Shown here in pieces: positions 57,992 through 64,000 of a stretch of DNA of 64,000 nt; the first letter of the stretch is position 1; each line of letters opens with the position of its first letter. The position numbers and the translations under genes were made by a program. The notes below the pieces were generated by a model. The model ran no database searches. It was not told the DNA's origin and saw only the letters and a list, made by a program, of their open reading frames with translations. The DNA lies in IMG/VR virus record IMGVR_UViG_3300013232_000195, one strand, 5' to 3'. The DNA is from an uncultured virus (IMG/VR IMGVR_UViG_3300013232_000195). Its lineage: Duplodnaviria > Heunggongvirae > Uroviricota > Caudoviricetes.

Positions 57992-60685
57992 AGACATACT
58001 ACAAGGTCGTCGCAGAGGTCAATGGCAAGCTGTACTCGGCCATGATGGCTCATATAAAAGAGGTTGGCGTCGAATATGGCGTTGGTACGTGGTCAAAGCC
58101 GACCATTAGCGGGTCCGTGTTGTACTGTTTCGCCAGCCTTAAACGGGCGAGAGAATACATCCGAGACCTCAACGAAAAGAACACGAAGTTCAGGATCTTC
58201 AGGTGCAAAATCAAGAACGAGTCGTTATGTGACGCGGATGTCTCAGCGTATCTTGATACAAAGTCCATCTTGCATTTCTGGGGCTTCGAGCCTTCTGCCC
58301 CGAACTTGTATTCAGTCGGCAAGATTTTTAATTGTGTTGTGGCAGACGAAGTTATGCTGACCAAGGAGGTCAAGCTTTGAACTTGAAGCAAGCCGACAAG
58401 ATACTCTCCAAGCCAGAGTGGATAGAAGGTTTGAAGACGATGGAAGGGTATCGAAGGTATGAGGACGACACGCGCCATGCCCACTTGGATGTGATCATCG
58501 GAGATGATGGTGATGCCCACGTGTCTTTCTGGGCAGACCCAGACGACATCTACCAAAGCAAGGTTTGGCCCTCACTGCGCTTCCGCATGCCAATGAGTGG
58601 TGGCGGAGAAAGCCCTAGGGTCAGGAAGGCCTTGCTACTGCTGGCCGCAGCCATAAAGCTGGACAACGAAGAACATCCTCAAAACAGGCAAGATTAAAGA
58701 TGCCAAACGAACGGTGTTCCGCGTGTGACAAGGCTATCCGCTGCTACAGTTGCAGTGAGCCAGCAACCGTTGTAACGTGCGAGTCTCTGGCAACGCCATA
58801 CTGTGACCAGTGCTACAAGGATTACTTGGCCAGGAAACTCGGATCAAAGACATGGCCTTCGAGCCGTCCCATCAGCGAGTGGAGAGCAATCTGCCCTCCT
58901 TGGCCTCATCCGTCACATCCTGGGTGTGGAATGATACCGAACCCATGCCATCCAGACTGTCCCGAATTGATGAGGGCCGTAGCATCGAAGGTAGCATCGA
59001 AGTTGAAAAAGGACGCTTGACCATGAGAAGCATGATCGAGTTGGGAGGAAAAATTATCTACGATGACGGGAGCGAGGCATCACCAGAAGATGTGAAGGCC
59101 TTCTGGGCGGCCAAGGAAGAATTCAAGGTCAATCTTGAAATTGATGCCATTGAAGAACAAGCCAACCGTAAAATGTGGGAGGAGAAGTACCTCACGAATA
59201 TGCGGGAGTACTTCGGGTACGACGACAAGCCCTTCTCGGACTTCAAGAACTGGTCAGATGCAGATCTGGTTTGGCAACTATCCACCACGTTTTTTGACGC
59301 TAGCGCATGCGAAGATGAGGCAGCGCAAATGATTTTTGATCGTGGCGGGTACGTCGAACTGTATGACATCCCCGCTGGAGACCTAAAAAAGTGTATTTCA
59401 ACAGCGAGTGAGTACTTCCCCGACCACTGGAAGGCCGCTTTGATCGGATTTGCCAAAGGTGAGCATGATACATGAAAAGAGACTGGAAGAAGACTAAATA
59501 CAGAGTAAGGATCAAGGAGTACTTGTTCTTCGCGAACTGCCTCAAGCACCAGAACTGCAAGGTCATGCTGTCCTCAATCGGCCCGTATTCCGCCAACAAG
59601 GTCATCAAAGGTGACAATCACCCATTCGACGTGATCTACCACTGGGAGTCTCATGGAGAGTTGCTTCCAACCACGCATCCCGAGGCGCTCGAATGGATCA
59701 TGATCGGGAAGGCGGCACGCGATTGGCATATTTCTGAATGGGGACAAGGGATGGCCGAGGGGATCATCAGTCCGTGCGAGCTGATACTTGACGGGGTACC
59801 CTCCAGTCTGGTAGACTCTGCTAAGAAGCGTAGGGATGCATTACCGTATCAAGGCCCCTCGCTGGACGTGCTCAGGAGGATGATGACGTGACCAAAGGTA
59901 CGGTCTGCAAGCATTGCGCATGGGCCAAATGGGAGACAACCTCGTCTGGCCGCATCAAGCGCCATGTCTGTGGCAAGTGTACGTTCACCTTGAAGGATAG
60001 CGACTTGCCGAAGGTTCCTCCTCACTGGGCATCCTTCTCGTGGCGAGACGCAAACGAATTAAACTCCCATGGTAAGGATTACGGCATTTGGCCAGATAGC
60101 ATGCCAGATTGCCCTTGCTTCAAACCAAAGGACGAATGATGCCAAGGAAAAAGAAACAACAGATCAAGGAAGACATTCACTTGCTGCCAGAGTACTGCGA
60201 GGCGTTCTTGCGGCTGGCCAGGAAAGAAGACGACATGATCGCGGCCTTCATCAAGGAACGGGGGATGAAGGACGTTGTCGGGTACATGGTTCAAGAGATC
60301 ACGGAGAAGTATTCCGACAAGACCACCTTCACGATTGACGATGGTCGGTTGTACAAGGTCGTCGAGTACCTCCGCCAGGTCTACATCGAAGGTCTCTGTG
60401 CCGAGATGGTGAAAGAGGGCCTTCTGACTGAGGACGTGACCGAGGACGGTCAAATCATGTACACTCGAACCGACAAGATGCCGCCAGAGGAGAAGTGACC
60501 ATGAAGAAGAACTCCAGAGCGATTTTCGTGGACAAGGACGGCGGTAAGGCGGAATACGCTATCCGCTGCTTCAAGGATAGTAAGCGCAAGTTTACCCACA
60601 AGCTCAAAAAGTTCGACGCGGCGATGTTCAAGAAGACAGCGCTGCATCTGGTCAACTACCTCTCCAAGGAATACGGGGTCTAGCC

Positions 60686-60928
60686 ATGAGCGACAGCATG
60701 CATCCATGCCCGAAATGCGGCCAGCCGACGCCAGACGAGCGGTACCAGATCGTAGGGACGCTGTTGTGTACCACATGTACCCCACAAGCCCCACGCCTCT
60801 TCGGGGCCATGATCTACGACCACAAGACGGGCGGAGTTCTAGAGGTCTGCAACGAGGATCAGTTCAAGGCCATCAAGGCCCACAACGACCCATCCAAGGA
60901 CATGGACTTGGTCGATTTCACACCGTAG
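60686..60928 (+). CDS. TraR/DksA-type C4 zinc-finger protein
   Basis: CPKCGQPTPDER...LCTTC. Confidence 0.6.
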   Translation: MSDSMHPCPKCGQPTPDERYQIVGTLLCTTCTPQAPRLFGAMIYDHKTGGVLEVCNEDQFKAIKAHNDPSKDMDLVDFTP

Positions 60929-61160
60929 GAGATGGATTCATGAACACGCTTGAGGATATTGAGGCTAACCGCGCCAGACAAAAACTTTGTGACATCATCA
61001 ACAAAGAGGTTAGGGGGTGTCTCAAGTCAGCGTTTTCCGCCCATCCTGAAGGACCACAGTTCGAGTCGATCAGGAAACGACTCGTCAGATGCTTGACGAG
61101 CAAGACCTTGCTGGAAAGGATCAAGCCCTTGCTTTAGTACCAGCAAGGAGGAGGCATGCT

Positions 61161-61709
61161 TTGATCGAAGGCCCACGCATCCATGCCTCGCGCAAGCCAG
61201 TCGAGCGGTTCTGGCCACCAGTAAACATTTCCCCATTCCATCAAGTATATCGTAAGCCGCCAGGGCTATGGTATGGATTCCGCGACGAGTGGCTCACTTG
61301 GTGCAGACAAGAGCAATTCAACGACGACGAGTACTCGTGGTTCTACTCGGTTGACTTGAGCAAGGTCAAGATGCTATTCATCACCTCCGACGAGGAACTG
61401 GTCCAGTTTGAATCGCGGTATGGCTGTGACGGCTGGTCAATGAATCGCCTCTTGAAGGATCTCCCGCGAGAGCCGCGCATCGACGACATTGACTGGAAGA
61501 GGGTCATGCGGGACTACGAGGGCATCGAAATCGTCCCGTATCTGTGGAAATGCAGGCTTGACCACTTGTGGTACTATGGATGGGACGTGGCCAGCGGATG
61601 TGTGTGGGGCGGCGACCCAGAATTGATGTGGATGAAGCCGACGCATAAGCTCTTGAGGAAGTACATCAGACACAAGAAGATACGGGAAAAACGCATATGC
61701 AAGACATAG
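61161..61709 (+). CDS. Conserved phage protein, possibly ART-like
   Basis: IHAS..KPPGLWY..IDW..Y.GIEI..WYYGWDVASGCVW; TTG start after AGGAGGAGG. Confidence 0.55.
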   Translation: MIEGPRIHASRKPVERFWPPVNISPFHQVYRKPPGLWYGFRDEWLTWCRQEQFNDDEYSWFYSVDLSKVKMLFITSDEELVQFESRYGCDGWSMNRLLKDLPREPRIDDIDWKRVMRDYEGIEIVPYLWKCRLDHLWYYGWDVASGCVWGGDPELMWMKPTHKLLRKYIRHKKIREKRICKT

Positions 61710-61904
61710 ACCCAGTCAATCTCGAGGAAGACCCAGAACTCGACCGTTTGATTGAGTTCTGGGTCAAGAACAGGCAGCAACTAGCGTTCATGCTGAACGT
61801 GGACTACATTGAATTGACAGACAAGGGGCTGCTTGGGCATAAGGTTGTCATGAAGAAGGGACAGCCTGTTCATCTTGTCCTAACTAAAGATCAGATGTCA
61901 GCTT

Positions 61905-62738
61905 TCAAGCCCTAATCCTCTTAGCGTACTCCGCCACCACTCGCCGCATCTCTTCTTCAACGTTTGGCGGGTCCACCTCGCAGAAAAAGAAGTCATCTTC
62001 CATAACGGCATCCACCCGCTTGGGCTTCAACTCCAGGTCCAGATCACCCTTGGTCATCAGGACTGGTTTGTTCCTTAGACCCATTTCGTGCATTATCATG
62101 CCGACCTTGTACGGGCTGGTCACGCCCTCGTCGTACACGTTCATCACTAGGGGAACCCCGAACCCCGTGGCGTCCTTCTCGTCGACCAGGAACTCGATGG
62201 TCTTGGCGATGGTCTCCGCGCTGGTCATGCTGTTGGGCGTGTCGATCAGCTTGGTGTACGAAACGAGCTTGCTCAACGTGTTTCTTGGAGACGGTACTGG
62301 CGAGTATACCTGGCGAGGCCTCAGAATGGCCACCTTGCGATTATGAGTTTCCTTGCTCATTACGGCCTCGCAGCAGACCTTCGTCCACGAGTAGAAACAA
62401 GCTGGTGTCGGTGGGCTTCCAGGGAGGAATGGATGACCAGTTTCATCGTATGGGCCGTCCCATATGCACCCGCTGGAGATGTGGATGTACAATTGATCCT
62501 TGATCTTCCTCAAGAGTCGTATGGGTTGGGCCACGTTACAATCAAATGCCCGAAGTGGATTCCTCTCGCAGTCTTCCAGCGATGTCTTCCCAGCCGTGTT
62601 GATCACCACGTTTACGTTCATGTCATCCAGAGCGTCTTGTTCCAAGTGGTCCATGATGCCCACGAAGTGGTGGGCTGGACGAAGACGTTCCTTAAGGAAC
62701 GTCCCTAGATGACCTCCGCCAATTACCAATGCGTTCAT
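61905..62738 (-). CDS. RmlD-like NAD(P)-dependent sugar-nucleotide reductase/epimerase
   Basis: VIGGGHLG, VINTAGKT, HISSGCI, YSWTK (YxxxK). Confidence 0.8.
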   Translation of the reverse strand: MNALVIGGGHLGTFLKERLRPAHHFVGIMDHLEQDALDDMNVNVVINTAGKTSLEDCERNPLRAFDCNVAQPIRLLRKIKDQLYIHISSGCIWDGPYDETGHPFLPGSPPTPACFYSWTKVCCEAVMSKETHNRKVAILRPRQVYSPVPSPRNTLSKLVSYTKLIDTPNSMTSAETIAKTIEFLVDEKDATGFGVPLVMNVYDEGVTSPYKVGMIMHEMGLRNKPVLMTKGDLDLELKPKRVDAVMEDDFFFCEVDPPNVEEEMRRVVAEYAKRIRA

Positions 62739-63257
62739 GGGGCTTCCTCCCGTTCGAATGGCAGCATCAGGCAGACCTCGTATGAGAGTGTCACTGGAAC
62801 TGGTGCGACAAACACGTGCATTTCTCCAGCCTTACGTGCCTTCTCTTGCTTCAATACTCGGATGGTATGCTTCTTGATGTCGTTGAAAGACTCCATAAAG
62901 TTATCTGGAGACCTGAACTGATACACCACCGAGGTTACCGTCATGGACGGCCCGACCACTGACGCCTGAGTGTTCGACACGGGAATGGCGCTACACCATA
63001 TGCCCTTACGTCTGACAGACAACTCGGCGTCGTAGGTTAGTTCTGCCTCGGAGAGGATCTCAAGCCACAGTACCTTGATCATTGGTTTGATTTCGGCATA
63101 GAACATCCTCTCGTCTACCAGAACGGGATCCGTTTCAAAGGCTGGATTCATTCCTAAGTCCTCCATAGGAATGATCATACGCTCGCAAAAAGACGTGCCA
63201 AAAACACTTGATGGGAAGAGAAGACGTGATATGCTCCCGCCGTGATTGGAGGTAGGT

Positions 63258-63941
63258 ATGCCTCAGACTTTAGTAGTGAACTTCCTGAAGGCGTTGTCAG
63301 AGTCAAGGATGTCGTATGTTTTGGCTGACCAAGTCTCTGCAAAGAACCTCGTGGTTCTGCTCTTGCGTCAATTGTCAGTCCGTAGTTTGTGGTATCTTGA
63401 CCCAGCAGTTCACTTGGCTGGTTTGGAGGCTCCCATTCTGAAGCTGGAACCTCATCGTGCCGACCCACCGTTCTCTGACTTTGGGTTCATCAAAGGCGGA
63501 CATGGATTTCATCTATATAATTACTCATGTGCGATTAAATTCGAACATTCTGATGCAATCTCTATCGGAAGCAGGGGTTTGCAGATCCCTCAATGGTCAA
63601 CGAGACCTTGCGTCAAGATAGACGTACAAAAAAATCCCAGTACGGTCTCGAAAACAGACGACTTCGTTGCTTCGATTGTGAACAATCAAATCGTCATACA
63701 CAAGGACCGACGAGGTTTTTTTGTGAGCAGCAACAACGCTTATGGATTCCAGATGCCGATCCTTGATTACCCTGAAGACGAAGCGAAAGAGGAGAAGCCG
63801 ATCTCTCCCCAAGAGGAGCTTGCCCAAGTGACCGAAAAGCTGTACGACGTGCGACACAAGAAGGCTTTCTATGACCCAAGAGTACTTTTGAAGAGATACA
63901 AGGAGTTGACGGGACGTGACCAGCCTGGTTTCTACGCGTAA
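63258..63941 (+). CDS. Hypothetical protein
   Basis: TTGATG-N16-TATGCT promoter, GGAGGT RBS. Confidence 0.65.
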   Translation: MPQTLVVNFLKALSESRMSYVLADQVSAKNLVVLLLRQLSVRSLWYLDPAVHLAGLEAPILKLEPHRADPPFSDFGFIKGGHGFHLYNYSCAIKFEHSDAISIGSRGLQIPQWSTRPCVKIDVQKNPSTVSKTDDFVASIVNNQIVIHKDRRGFFVSSNNAYGFQMPILDYPEDEAKEEKPISPQEELAQVTEKLYDVRHKKAFYDPRVLLKRYKELTGRDQPGFYA

Positions 63942-64000
63942 AGGAGAAGCTTCACTAGGATGAAGACCTCGCAGAGAGACATCGTTGAGCGCATGCTCAA

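Overview
Dense, mostly plus-strand segment of a large (jumbo-type) bacteriophage genome in the standard genetic code. It has no core morphogenesis module and no CRISPR array, and looks like an early/accessory region with scattered late genes. Recognisable genes include thioredoxin, dUTPase, an ATP-dependent DNA ligase, GMP reductase, Ro60/TROVE, a kinase-phosphoesterase-RNA ligase fusion, several ADP-ribosyltransferase-fold proteins, two HNH endonucleases, a 2H phosphoesterase, an HD alarmone-hydrolase-like protein, a radical SAM enzyme and one tRNA. A GFTLIELLVVVAII prepilin peptide hints at a PVC-type host (inference). Best candidates for undescribed biology: (1) an NrtR regulon with three visible operator boxes controlling a nicotinamidase-vWA-PP2C-kinase operon; (2) eight tandem paralogs starting MKxRxGHVSNSSSxSF followed by a radical SAM/SPASM gene; (3) Ro60 with a minimal Y-RNA-like leader plus a second, larger Y-like RNA beside a CCU tRNA with a long variable arm; (4) a late promoter (AGGR-N18-GAA) embedded in RBS-occluding hairpins that marks likely virion-packaged effectors. 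All calls come from motif reading and hand-derived base pairing; no database searches or folding programs were run.
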